DNA of 64,000 nucleotides. It comes from Opitutaceae bacterium (GTDB lineage: Bacteria; Verrucomicrobiota; Verrucomicrobiia; Opitutales; Opitutaceae). The stretch is taken from assembly GCA_965279695.1 (NCBI GenBank), contig OZ257259.1, positions 3,724,531 to 3,788,530 on the forward strand. Direction: 5' to 3'. How positions within the stretch are numbered: position 1 is the first letter of the stretch; every line of letters begins with the position of its first letter. The notes beneath the pieces were generated by a model that was not told where the DNA came from, searched no databases, and saw only the letters and a list, made by a program, of their open reading frames with translations. Below are positions 20,097 to 29,385 of this stretch, piece by piece. The position numbers and the translations under genes are program-made.

Positions 20097-21965
20097 TTAC
20101 GGCAAAGTGATCTTCTCCGCCGGGTCGGTGAGCTCGCGCCACTCGACGAGCCGATAGGGGCTGTCGATGAAGGTGCCGATGGCACCGGCAGTGCGGAGGG
20201 AGGTGTCGTAGTTGAGCACGGAGAGCGTCGAGGGGTAGCCGATATTTTTCGCGGAGATTGCCCCGCGGATCACAACGTTGGACCACGTGCTCACGTAGGC
20301 GTCGGGCATGTAGATCAGGCCGTAGAAGGGGGTGGCGGTCGCAGATGCATTCGCCCAATAGTAATGCGAGCCCGAAGAGTTGGCCGTGCTCGTGCCGACC
20401 AGCAGGCATTTCTTGGGATCGGTGGTGAGGTTTCTGATGCCTGTCGTGGCACTGCTGCCGACATAGAGCTGCCCAGTGAAATAAACTTCGAGCGAGCCGG
20501 TGGTCTCGATCTGGATCCTTCCGCTGTAGGTATAAAGAGGTCCGGTGACATTCAAGATCACGGGGCCCACAATGGTCAGCACATTGGCCGCGTTGTCCAA
20601 ATACAGGCCCGAATAGAGCGTCGTGCCGTTGTAGGTGCCTTCGATATTGTAAATGGACGGCGTGGTCGCGCCGGCTGTGCCCAGAGTATTCGCGCCGGCA
20701 TCAAGGTAGGTGCTGCCGCCAGCCGCCGCCGGCAAATTGGTGCCGCCGGTGACGGTCAATATGTCGAACTGCGGAATGTAGGGACTCCGGCTGATCCGCG
20801 TGGGATCGATGCGCGGCGAAGGGGTGGTGGGAGCGGCGACCGCGGTGACGATCCCCGAGGTGCTGTTCGTGTAGCGCGGAGCGTAGGGTGACGTCGCTGC
20901 GGATGGTGCCGCGAGGTAGCCGTTGATACGGGCGTTGGTGATGGCGATGGCGTTGCCGCCGGTATTGCCGCCGGCAACCACGGCCGAGGAACCGATGTTG
21001 GGACTGGCCACAGTGAAGGGCGCAGTCGTCTGATTGTAGGTGCCGAGGACGGAATTGTAGCTGTTGACGGTGCCGGTGCTGGCAAATGTCACGAGATTCT
21101 CCGCGCCGAGGGCGTTGGGAAACAGCGGCGCCGGCGCGAGCGTGGCGCGGATCTGCGTCTTCAGTTGCGTGGACCCGCTGTCGGGCAAGGTCGCAATGCC
21201 TTCAGCGTAGATCACCGGCGCGCTGAGCCAGTAAGCCGTGTTGGGCGGTGCCTGGTCGGTGTGGGCCGCGATACAACGATAGGCAATGCCGCCGGAGAGC
21301 GCGACCGTATCGACCGCGTAGACGGTAGACGAACTCCACGGCGCCACACTGTAAGCCGTCCAATAAGTGGCGTTCGGCGGCACCTGGTTGATATTCGCCG
21401 CGATGCAGCGATAGGCGGAGCCGCCGGAGAGCACGATGTTGCCGATGCGATAATTGGCGTAGGCATTCCAAGTCTCGGGCGCGGCCTTCCAATACGTGGC
21501 GTTGGAGGGGACTTGGTTGTTATAGGCCGGCGGCACCGCGACCGGCGGCGTCGCCGTGCAGAGATACCACACGCCCTGATACCAGACATAGTCGTTAGCG
21601 GTGTAGGCGGTGCGCTCGTTCCACACGGTCGCCTTGTTTGTGCTGCGGTAGTGGTCGACGCGGATATTTACATCCGCCGTGATGCCGCTGTTGCCGTAAT
21701 GACTGCTCGCAATGGAAAACGTGCGCGTCGCCGTCGTGGCGTCCGGCAGCGTCCAGCTGCCGAACGTATTCGCATTGTAGGAGCGCAGCGCGCGCTCAAG
21801 GCCCATCTCCGCGAGCTGTTTACTTACCGATTTCGCGTAGGTGCGGTTGCTGAGCCTCATGGCCTGGTTGCTCACCGAGAGAAAACTCGCCACGGCGATG
21901 CCGAGCACCGTGACACACGACAGTGCCACCAAGACCACCGAACCGTTGTGCGAGGAGCGACGCAT
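20097..21965 (-). CDS. PilX-like large pseudopilin-associated protein carrying three tandem CBM5/12-like (chitin-binding-type) modules
   Basis: The PilX_N-like N-terminus is MRRSSHNGSVVLVALSCVTVLGIAVASFLSVSNQAMR. There are three ~40-aa repeats matching the pattern W..AY..G..V.Y.G..Y.C....(H/N)......P.N..YW, for example WNAYANYRIGNIVLSGGSAYRCIAANINQVPPNATYW. The C-terminal region is G/S/T/N-rich. The start ATG shares 1 nt with the upstream stop (TGATG). Confidence 0.6.
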   Translation of the reverse strand: MRRSSHNGSVVLVALSCVTVLGIAVASFLSVSNQAMRLSNRTYAKSVSKQLAEMGLERALRSYNANTFGSWTLPDATTATRTFSIASSHYGNSGITADVNIRVDHYRSTNKATVWNERTAYTANDYVWYQGVWYLCTATPPVAVPPAYNNQVPSNATYWKAAPETWNAYANYRIGNIVLSGGSAYRCIAANINQVPPNATYWTAYSVAPWSSSTVYAVDTVALSGGIAYRCIAAHTDQAPPNTAYWLSAPVIYAEGIATLPDSGSTQLKTQIRATLAPAPLFPNALGAENLVTFASTGTVNSYNSVLGTYNQTTAPFTVASPNIGSSAVVAGGNTGGNAIAITNARINGYLAAPSAATSPYAPRYTNSTSGIVTAVAAPTTPSPRIDPTRISRSPYIPQFDILTVTGGTNLPAAAGGSTYLDAGANTLGTAGATTPSIYNIEGTYNGTTLYSGLYLDNAANVLTIVGPVILNVTGPLYTYSGRIQIETTGSLEVYFTGQLYVGSSATTGIRNLTTDPKKCLLVGTSTANSSGSHYYWANASATATPFYGLIYMPDAYVSTWSNVVIRGAISAKNIGYPSTLSVLNYDTSLRTAGAIGTFIDSPYRLVEWRELTDPAEKITLP

Positions 21966-22576
21966 CAGGGCAACAGAGGCTTGTTGCGCAGGACCAACCG
22001 CGGCGAGGCCGATTTGTAGACCTGGGTCAGCGTGCTGTTCACACTGCTGCCCGCTTGCGCGGTAAAGGCCACCGCGACCCGTTTGATACCCGGCAAATAG
22101 TTTACGTAGGTCGTGTAGGGGTTGCCGATCGTGTCGTAGTAGGAAAAGACGCACGTCAGCAGCGAGGAGTGCAGCGTGAGGGCTGTGCTGGTATCGCGGT
22201 CGATCCGCACCAGCGAAGTCGCGGGCACCGTCACACTGTAAACGGACACTGCGGAGGCAGAGCTGTTGAAGTAGTAGGTCACATTTTTCGTGCCGCCGTC
22301 GCTGCGCGGCACCGTGAGCGTCACCTCCGAGGCCGACGGGCTCGTCACCGCCGAAGCCATCTGCACATCCTGCGCCCACCACGCGAGCGTGCGCCGGCCC
22401 TGCGCTTCCAACGTCGGCTGGTTGGCCATGCCGAAACCGATCGTGCGATTGTAGCTCCGCGCCACGAAAACGTAGCTGCTGAGGACCCCCGTCATCACGA
22501 TCAACGAGAGGCCGACGCCGACCAGCAGTTCTCCGATGGTGAAGCCCGCGCAGCGGTTGAGACGTGGCGGGCTCAC
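21965..22576 (-). CDS. Prepilin-type pseudopilin (PilW/GspJ-like)
   Basis: The prepilin N-terminus is ...RLNRCAG/FTIGELLVGVGLSLIVM (G followed by FTxxE). The proposed GTG start at 22576 overlaps the upstream stop (GTGA). The track ORF start at 22879 would overlap the upstream gene. Confidence 0.55.
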   Translation of the reverse strand: MSPPRLNRCAGFTIGELLVGVGLSLIVMTGVLSSYVFVARSYNRTIGFGMANQPTLEAQGRRTLAWWAQDVQMASAVTSPSASEVTLTVPRSDGGTKNVTYYFNSSASAVSVYSVTVPATSLVRIDRDTSTALTLHSSLLTCVFSYYDTIGNPYTTYVNYLPGIKRVAVAFTAQAGSSVNSTLTQVYKSASPRLVLRNKPLLP

Positions 22577-23082
22577 GATTGCGGGTAGGAGAGGTGCAGA
22601 CCGTATTTGCCCAGCCACACCGAATTCGCCCGGGTATGCGTAAACGACACCCGGTTGCCTGAACCATCGCGTCGGCTGGTCTTCACGACCCACGTCACCG
22701 TGAAATTCACCTCGCGAATATTCGTCACCGGATCGGGACTCGTCACCGTGCGTGCGAGGGAGAACGTCACCGAATCCGCCGTAGTCCGGTAGTCGCCCAC
22801 CGCCTGCATCGCCTCGTGAAATTGGCTGTCGATGGTGATCGCCGTGCTGCCCGTCGGCAGCGCGGCAATAGTGGTCCAACTGGCGAGAAACAAATCCTCG
22901 ATCTCATGGTTGATGATCTGCGTCGCGAGCGTCTGCCGGCGCGCGTGGTCCATCGACGACGTGGCCACCGCGACCGCTTCCACCAAGCCGATAAATCCCA
23001 CCATCATGATGACGGCAGCCATCATCACTTCCACGAGAGTGAAGCCGGCGAGACGACGAGAATGGGAAGGCGACTTGTTCAA
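22573..23082 (-). CDS. Prepilin-type pseudopilin (PilV/GspI-like)
   Basis: The prepilin N-terminus is ...SHSRRLAG/FTLVEVMMAAVIMMVGF. The proposed TTG start at 23082 gives an 11-aa leader ending in Gly. Confidence 0.55.
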   Translation of the reverse strand: MNKSPSHSRRLAGFTLVEVMMAAVIMMVGFIGLVEAVAVATSSMDHARRQTLATQIINHEIEDLFLASWTTIAALPTGSTAITIDSQFHEAMQAVGDYRTTADSVTFSLARTVTSPDPVTNIREVNFTVTWVVKTSRRDGSGNRVSFTHTRANSVWLGKYGLHLSYPQS

Positions 23083-23426
23083 CGCGGAGAATAGGCAAAG
23101 TCTGTAACGGTGCCTACGACATGTCGGCAAGTGGACAATGCCTCCACAGGCGAACACCTCAGGAGGCGCGTGCGGTTGAGCCCTACGCACCGGCGGCCAG
23201 AAAGATTCGCCCCGCGCCACCCGTTTCCGTCCCACAAACGGGACGCTCTTTTCCCACCGGAAACACACTCGCGCCCACCGCGCCGCCCGCCCGCACAGTT
23301 TATCAACCTCCGCTACAGCGGCTTAACCAACCTCGCTCGCGCTGGCACGAGCGGTGCAAAGAGGCAGGCCTCTTCCCTCCCGGCCTCCCCCTTGACACTC
23401 AATCCACCCACCTCGTGACTTCCTTC

Positions 23427-24797
23427 ATGTCTGACGCGCCGCCTCTCCGCATTCTCATCGCCGACGATCAGGCCGACGTCCTCGAAGCGCTCCGCCTCCT
23501 CCTGAAGAGCGAGGGCTACGCCACCGAGGCCGTGAAATCTCCCGCCGCCGTCATCAAAGCCGTCGAGGCCCGCGACTACGCCCTCGTGTTGATGGATCTC
23601 AACTATGCGCGCGACACCACGAGCGGCCAGGAGGGTCTCGAACTCCTCCAAAAACTTCAGGCCATCGACGCCACGCTCCCCGTCGTCGTCATGACCGCGT
23701 GGGCCACCGTCGATGTCGCCGTCGAAGCCATGCGCCGCGGCGCGCGCGACTTCGTGACCAAACCTTGGGACAACCCGCGCCTCCTCGCGATCGTGCGCAA
23801 CCAGATCGACCTCGGCCACGCCGTCCGCGCCTACCGCCGCCTCGAGCAGGAAAACCAACTCCTCCGCGCCCCTGGCGGCAAAGCCGGCCCCACGCTCATC
23901 GCGCAATCCGCCGCGATGCGCCCCGTGCTCGACATCATCGCCCGCGTCGGCCCCTCCGATGCCAACGTCCTCATCACCGGCGAAAACGGCACCGGCAAAG
24001 GCCTCGTCGCCCAAGCCCTCCACGCCGTCTCCGCACGCGCCGGCAAACCCTTCATCTCAGTCAACATGGGCGGCCTCCCCGAGGGCGTCTTCGAAAGCGA
24101 ACTCTTCGGCCACGTCCGCGGCGCGTTCACCGACGCGAAATCCGACCGCGCCGGCCGCTTCGAACTCGCCGACACCGGCACACTCTTCCTCGACGAAATC
24201 GGCAACATCCCGCTCTCCCAGCAGGCGAAAATTCTTCGCACGATCGAGACCGGCGAATTCGAACGCGTCGGCTCCTCGCGCACCTTCCGCGCCAATGTCC
24301 GCCTCGTCTCCGCCACCAACTCCGACCTCCAGGCCGAAGTTGCCGCCGGCAAATTCCGCCAGGATCTCCTCTTCCGACTCAACACGATCCAGCTCCACCT
24401 CCCGCCGCTCCGCGAACGCCGCGAAGACATCGAACTCCTCGCGCAACATTTTCTAAAACAACACGTCGAACGCTACCGGAAACCCATCACCGGCTTCGAC
24501 GCCTCCGCGCTCGACGCCCTCAAGGCCTACCCCTGGCCCGGCAACGTCCGCGAACTCGACCACGCCGTCGAACGCGGCGTCCTCATGACGCCCGGCAAAG
24601 TCGTGCGCGCCCCCGACCTCGGCCTCAACGCCGCGCAGTCCGCCCCGCGCCTCGAAGAAATGAGCATCGAGGAAGTGGAGGCGTTTCTGATCAAAAAGAC
24701 CCTCGCCCGCTGCGACGGCAACGCCCGCAAAGCCGCCGAAGAACTCGGCCTCAGCCGCAGCGCCTTCTACCGCCGCCTGGAAAAATACGGGCTGTGA
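23427..24797 (+). CDS. Sigma-54-dependent response regulator (NtrC/PilR-like: REC + AAA+ sigma54-activation + HTH)
   Basis: The REC domain is LRILIADDQADVLE...D (phospho-accepting Asp). The AAA+ motifs are ITGENGTGKGLVAQALH and GAFTDA. It has a C-terminal HTH. The start is moved to MSDAPPLRIL (ATG 23427). Confidence 0.85.
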   Translation: MSDAPPLRILIADDQADVLEALRLLLKSEGYATEAVKSPAAVIKAVEARDYALVLMDLNYARDTTSGQEGLELLQKLQAIDATLPVVVMTAWATVDVAVEAMRRGARDFVTKPWDNPRLLAIVRNQIDLGHAVRAYRRLEQENQLLRAPGGKAGPTLIAQSAAMRPVLDIIARVGPSDANVLITGENGTGKGLVAQALHAVSARAGKPFISVNMGGLPEGVFESELFGHVRGAFTDAKSDRAGRFELADTGTLFLDEIGNIPLSQQAKILRTIETGEFERVGSSRTFRANVRLVSATNSDLQAEVAAGKFRQDLLFRLNTIQLHLPPLRERREDIELLAQHFLKQHVERYRKPITGFDASALDALKAYPWPGNVRELDHAVERGVLMTPGKVVRAPDLGLNAAQSAPRLEEMSIEEVEAFLIKKTLARCDGNARKAAEELGLSRSAFYRRLEKYGL

Positions 24798-24849
24798 AAA
24801 ATAGCCCCACGCAAAGAGCCTGAGGCTTTTAGCTCACAGCCGTCCCGCC

Positions 24850-26211
24850 ATGGCGAAGCCCGCTCGAAAACTCCCCCACGACCAGCTCGTCTTCCTCTAC
24901 GCGCTGCTCGCCGGCCTGCCCGCGGTCGCCGTCGCGGCGTATTACCTTTGGTTGGACGCCCCCGCGCCCGCGCCGAAAATCCAGTGGACGTTTTCCCTGC
25001 TGATTCTGGGATTTTGGTTCGGCTTCGCGGCCGCCACCCGCAACCGCGTCATGCGCCCGCTCCAGACGATGGCCAATCTTCTCTCCGCCCTCCGCGAGGG
25101 CGATTTCGCCGTGCGCGCCCGCGGCGCCCGCCGCGATGAACCCCTCGGCGACGTGATGTGGGAGATCAACACCCTCAGCCGCACGCTCCAGGACCAGCGC
25201 CTCAACGCCCTCGAAGCCACCGCCCTCCTCCGCACCGTGATGGAGGAAATCAACATCGCGATTTTCGCCTTCGACGCCGCCCACCAGCTCCGCCTCGCCA
25301 ACCACGCCGCGCAACTCCTCCTCAACCAACCCGCCGAGCGCATCCTCGGCCGCGACGCCACCGACCTCGGTCTCGCCGATTGCCTCGTCGGCGAACCCGC
25401 GCGCCTGCTCCACATCACGTTTCCCGGCGGCACTGGCCGATGGGGCATGCGCCGCAGCCAATTTCGCGAAGGCGGCCGCCCGCATCATCTCGTCGTCATC
25501 GCCGACCTCAGCCGCACGCTCCGCGAAGAGGAACTCCTCGCCTGGCAACGCCTCGTGCGCGTGCTCGGCCACGAACTCAACAACTCCCTCGCCCCGATCA
25601 AATCCATCGCCGGCAGCCTCAGCACGCTCCTCCGTCAGCCGAAGCGCGCCGCCGATTGGGAAGAGGATATGCGCAGCGGCCTCGACATCATCGCCTCGCG
25701 CTCAGAGAGCCTCGGCCGCTTCATGCAGGCCTACGCGCGCCTCGCCCGCCTGCCGCAGCCCACCGTCGCCCCCTGCGAGCTCGCCGCGCTCATCCAACGC
25801 GTCGTCGCCCTCGAACGCCGCCTCCCGGTCGAGCTGCTCGGCGGCCCCGCGCTCACGCTCGCCTGCGACGCCGCCCAGATCGAACAGGTCCTCATCAACC
25901 TGATCAAAAACGCCGTCGAAGCCGCCCTCGAGCAACGCGCCGAGGGCGACCCCGCCGCCACCGCCCGCATCTCCTGGCGCCGCGCCGCCGGCTCCGCCGA
26001 CACCGTCGAAATTCTCGTCGAAGACGACGGCCCCGGCATCGCGCAGACGACCAATCTCTTTGTGCCATTCTTCACCACGAAGCCCGAAGGCTCCGGCATC
26101 GGCCTCGTCCTCTGCCGCCAAATCGCCGAAAACCACCGCGGCGCCCTCACCCTCGCCAACCGCACCGGCGGCCTCTCCGGTTGCCTCGCCACCCTCCGTC
26201 TACCGGCCTAG
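24850..26211 (+). CDS. Sensor histidine kinase (two TM segments, HisKA + HATPase), partner of the sigma-54 response regulator
   Basis: The H-box is LGHELNNSLAPI. It has an N/G1/G2 ATPase region with GSGIGLVLCRQIAENHRGAL. It sits 52 bp downstream of the response regulator. Confidence 0.8.
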   Translation: MAKPARKLPHDQLVFLYALLAGLPAVAVAAYYLWLDAPAPAPKIQWTFSLLILGFWFGFAAATRNRVMRPLQTMANLLSALREGDFAVRARGARRDEPLGDVMWEINTLSRTLQDQRLNALEATALLRTVMEEINIAIFAFDAAHQLRLANHAAQLLLNQPAERILGRDATDLGLADCLVGEPARLLHITFPGGTGRWGMRRSQFREGGRPHHLVVIADLSRTLREEELLAWQRLVRVLGHELNNSLAPIKSIAGSLSTLLRQPKRAADWEEDMRSGLDIIASRSESLGRFMQAYARLARLPQPTVAPCELAALIQRVVALERRLPVELLGGPALTLACDAAQIEQVLINLIKNAVEAALEQRAEGDPAATARISWRRAAGSADTVEILVEDDGPGIAQTTNLFVPFFTTKPEGSGIGLVLCRQIAENHRGALTLANRTGGLSGCLATLRLPA

Positions 26212-26259
26212 CGCGCGGCACCCCGGACGCGACCGCGGCTCCGCGCATCCGGTTCTCCC

Positions 26260-27117
26260 CTACAGCCGCAGCTCCGCGCTCGCGATCTCGTAGCGCCGCC
26301 GCACGGTGCCGAGCCACCCGCCGAAATCCCCGATCTCCACCCCCGCCTCCGCCAGCCAGTGCTCCGCCGGCAGCTCCGGAATCAATTCATCCGGCACGCA
26401 AAACAGCGACCGCGCCCACCGCGCCGTCGCCACCACCATGCTCAGCGGCCGGTGCTCCTCCGCCGCTTCCGGCTCGATCTGGTATTTTACCGCCGCGATC
26501 ACCGGCTCCGAAAACCCCCACAGCTCCAGCAACGCCGCCCCCGCCTCCGCGTGCGAGAAGCCGAGCCACTCACGCTCCGCCGACGCGAAGTCCTGCGGGT
26601 AGCCCGACGATTCCAGTCGCCGGGGCGTTTTCTGCTGCGCCGCGTGCCGCTCGATCACCAGCAGACCGATGCCGTGCATGAGCCCCGCCGTGTAGGCATC
26701 GCCGCGATCCACGTCGCTCCGCTCGGCCAGACTCGCCGCCGCGATCGCGCACGCCACCGCCCGCGACCACAACGCCTGCGCGCCCAATCCATAGCTCCCC
26801 AACGGCCGCCCCACCAACTGCGCCGCCACCGCATAAGTCACCAACTCGTGCACCCCCGCGAGCCCCACCCGCTGGATCGCCTCCATGATCGTCGTCGCCG
26901 GCATCCCCCGGCCGAAGTGCGCGCTGCGGGCCATTTTCACGACGCGCGCCGACAACCCCGGCTCCAGTTGCACCACCGTCGCCACCTCCTCCAACGACGC
27001 GTCAGGCGCGTTCACCATCTGCTGCAGCTTGTGCAGCACCCTCGGCGCCTGCGGCAAATCGCGCACGCTCCGCACCAAGCTCTGTGGCGTGGGCCGAAAG
27101 AATGGTAGCGTGAACAT
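26260..27117 (-). CDS. HDOD domain signalling protein
   Basis: The HDOD-like segments are LPQAPRVLHKLQQMVNAPDASLEEVATVVQLEPGLSARVVKMA and GLMHGIGLLVI. Confidence 0.7.
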   Translation of the reverse strand: MFTLPFFRPTPQSLVRSVRDLPQAPRVLHKLQQMVNAPDASLEEVATVVQLEPGLSARVVKMARSAHFGRGMPATTIMEAIQRVGLAGVHELVTYAVAAQLVGRPLGSYGLGAQALWSRAVACAIAAASLAERSDVDRGDAYTAGLMHGIGLLVIERHAAQQKTPRRLESSGYPQDFASAEREWLGFSHAEAGAALLELWGFSEPVIAAVKYQIEPEAAEEHRPLSMVVATARWARSLFCVPDELIPELPAEHWLAEAGVEIGDFGGWLGTVRRRYEIASAELRL

Positions 27118-27249
27118 ATCCTCAGGATACGCCCATCCCGCCCGTTTATATAGGGCGAAAACACCTATTCCCCCTGCTCCGATAGAATCGGCGCAGCCTT
27201 CCGCAAAATCTGCGGAGGCTCGGCCGGCCGGACAGGATATGCTGCTATT

Positions 27250-28923
27250 ATGGACGCAACCGTTTCTTCACCCGGATTGTCCGCTTTCGGCGACCTTCCC
27301 CACCTCAAAGGTCACGACGTTCTGACGAATCCCCTCGTCAACAAAGGAACCGCCTTCACCGAAGCCGAGCGCGACGCTCTCGGCCTCCGCGGCCTCCTCC
27401 CGCCGCGCGTGTTTACCCTCGAAGAGCAACACCAGCGCACGCTCAACTCCGTCCGCGGCAAGCCCACCAATCTCGAGAAATACATCTACCTCACCACGCT
27501 CCAAAACCGCAACGAGACCCTCTTCTACCGTCTCGTCACCGAGCACATCGAGGAGATGGTGCCCCTTATCTACACGCCCACCGTCGGCGAAGCCTGCATC
27601 CAATACGGCTCCATCTACCGCCGCCCGCGCGGCATGTTCATCAGCCTCCGCGAGCGCGGCCACATCGCCGAAATGCTCCGCCACTGGCCCATCCAAGGCG
27701 TCCGCCTCATCGTCGTCACCGACGGCGAACGCATCCTCGGCCTCGGCGATCTCGGCGCCCTCGGCATGGGCATCCCCGTCGGCAAACTCTCCCTCTACAC
27801 CGCCTGCGCCGGCGTCCACCCCAGCTACTGCCTCCCCATCACCCTCGATGTCGGCACCGAAAACGCCTCGCTCCAGACCGGCTCCGCCTACATCGGCCTG
27901 AAACAAAAACGCGTCCGCGGCGCCGAATACGACGCCTTCATCGCCGAATTTGTCGCCGCCGTGAAAGAGGTCTTCCCGAAAGCCCTCATGCAGTGGGAAG
28001 ATTTCGGCAACACCAACGCCTTCCGCCTCCTCGAGGACTACCGCCGCGCCCTCCCCAGCTTCAACGACGACATCCAGGGCACCGCCGCCGTCGCCCTCGC
28101 CGGCGTCATCGGCGCCCTCCAACTCACCGGCGGCAAACTCGCCGAACAAAAACTCCTCTTCCTCGGCGCCGGTGAAGCCGGCACCGGCATCGCCGATCTC
28201 TACGTCGCCGCCGCCCGCGCCGCCGGCCTCACCGAAGCCGAAGCCCGCGCCCGCTGCTGGTTCGTCGATTCCAAAGGCCTCGTCGTGAAAAACCGCGGCG
28301 ACGTCCTCGCGCATCACAAACTCCCCTACGCGCACGAACACCCGTTCATCGCCACGCTGGAAGAAGCCGTCAACGCGCTGAAGCCCACCGCCCTCATCGG
28401 CGTCTCCGGCACCCCCGCCACCTTCACCCAGCCGATCGTCACCGCCATGGCGTCGTTCAACGCCCGCCCGATCATCTTCGCGCTCTCGAACCCCACCTCG
28501 AAAGCCGAGTGCACCGCCGCGCAAGCCTACACCTGGTCCGACGGCCGCGCCATCTTCGCCAGCGGCAGCCCCTTCGCCCCCTTCGAGTTCAAAGGCCGCG
28601 TCCACGTCTCCGGCCAGGGCAACAACATCTACATCTTCCCCGGCGTCGGCCTCGGCGCCCTCGTCAGCGAATCCCGCGAAGTCACCGACGAGATGTTCCT
28701 CGTCGCCGCGCAGACCCTCGCGAGCATGGTCGGCCCCGACGATCTCTCCGTGGGCCGCGTCTACCCCGCGCTCACGAAAGTCCGCGAAGTCTCGCTGCGC
28801 ATCGCGGTCGCCGTCGCCGAAGTCGCCTACCGCACCGGCCTCGCCGCCCTCCCGCGCCCCGCCGACCTCACGGAAGATATCCGCAGCCGGATGTTCCAAC
28901 CCGTCTACCGCGACTACACCTGA
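27250..28923 (+). CDS. NAD(P)-dependent malic enzyme
   Basis: The malic enzyme N-terminus is LNKGTAFTEAERDALGLRGLLPP. It has a Rossmann NAD-binding region, FLGAGEAGTGIA, and is 557 aa long. Confidence 0.85.
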   Translation: MDATVSSPGLSAFGDLPHLKGHDVLTNPLVNKGTAFTEAERDALGLRGLLPPRVFTLEEQHQRTLNSVRGKPTNLEKYIYLTTLQNRNETLFYRLVTEHIEEMVPLIYTPTVGEACIQYGSIYRRPRGMFISLRERGHIAEMLRHWPIQGVRLIVVTDGERILGLGDLGALGMGIPVGKLSLYTACAGVHPSYCLPITLDVGTENASLQTGSAYIGLKQKRVRGAEYDAFIAEFVAAVKEVFPKALMQWEDFGNTNAFRLLEDYRRALPSFNDDIQGTAAVALAGVIGALQLTGGKLAEQKLLFLGAGEAGTGIADLYVAAARAAGLTEAEARARCWFVDSKGLVVKNRGDVLAHHKLPYAHEHPFIATLEEAVNALKPTALIGVSGTPATFTQPIVTAMASFNARPIIFALSNPTSKAECTAAQAYTWSDGRAIFASGSPFAPFEFKGRVHVSGQGNNIYIFPGVGLGALVSESREVTDEMFLVAAQTLASMVGPDDLSVGRVYPALTKVREVSLRIAVAVAEVAYRTGLAALPRPADLTEDIRSRMFQPVYRDYT

Positions 28924-29385
28924 GCCAGGTGGGCGGGCGCGTCCCTGCGCCCGCATTCCCCGCGCCCCGGTCCCTCTCCCGCCGCCGCCCCCTTCTCCGA
29001 GGTGGAGCGCGTTGACCCTAACGCGCTTGCCCGCCGCCCCGTGCCACGGCTCTCCCGACCCGTGATCTCCTTTCCGCCCTCACTTTCCGCCGAAAAACTC
29101 TCGCAGCGCCCAGCCACCACGCCCGTTTCCCCGTTGCCACCCACCCCGCACGCCGATTTTCTCCCGCCAACCCATCGCCGCCTCCCTCTTCGGTCCACCC
29201 CGCCGCCCCCATTTCGCCACCCGACATCCAGTAAGGCATTTCGCGGTCTGCCGTTTGCCCCCGAAAAGCCTTACCCAACCTCCATCGCTTTTAGACCATG
29301 AATAACTTGCGCCCACTCGCTCTCCCGAATCCCGCCCCGCGAGTAAGGCAATCGGGTAAGGGCGAATAACACTGTTAGGCAAAAA

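Noticed and set aside
23083-23426. Sigma-54 (-24/-12) promoter upstream of the pseudopilin operon
   Set aside because: I found GGCAC on the correct strand near 23108, but the spacing to any GC dinucleotide does not fit GG-N10-GC. I make no call. The check is left as a suggestion in the findings.
26212-26259. Terminator between the convergent sensor kinase and HDOD genes
   Set aside because: There is GC-rich partial dyad symmetry (ccgcggctccgcg / cagccgcagctccgcg) but no clean stem plus U-tract.
27268-28956. 562-aa minus-strand ORF
   Set aside because: It is antisense to the malic enzyme gene and encodes a G/A/E/D-rich product.
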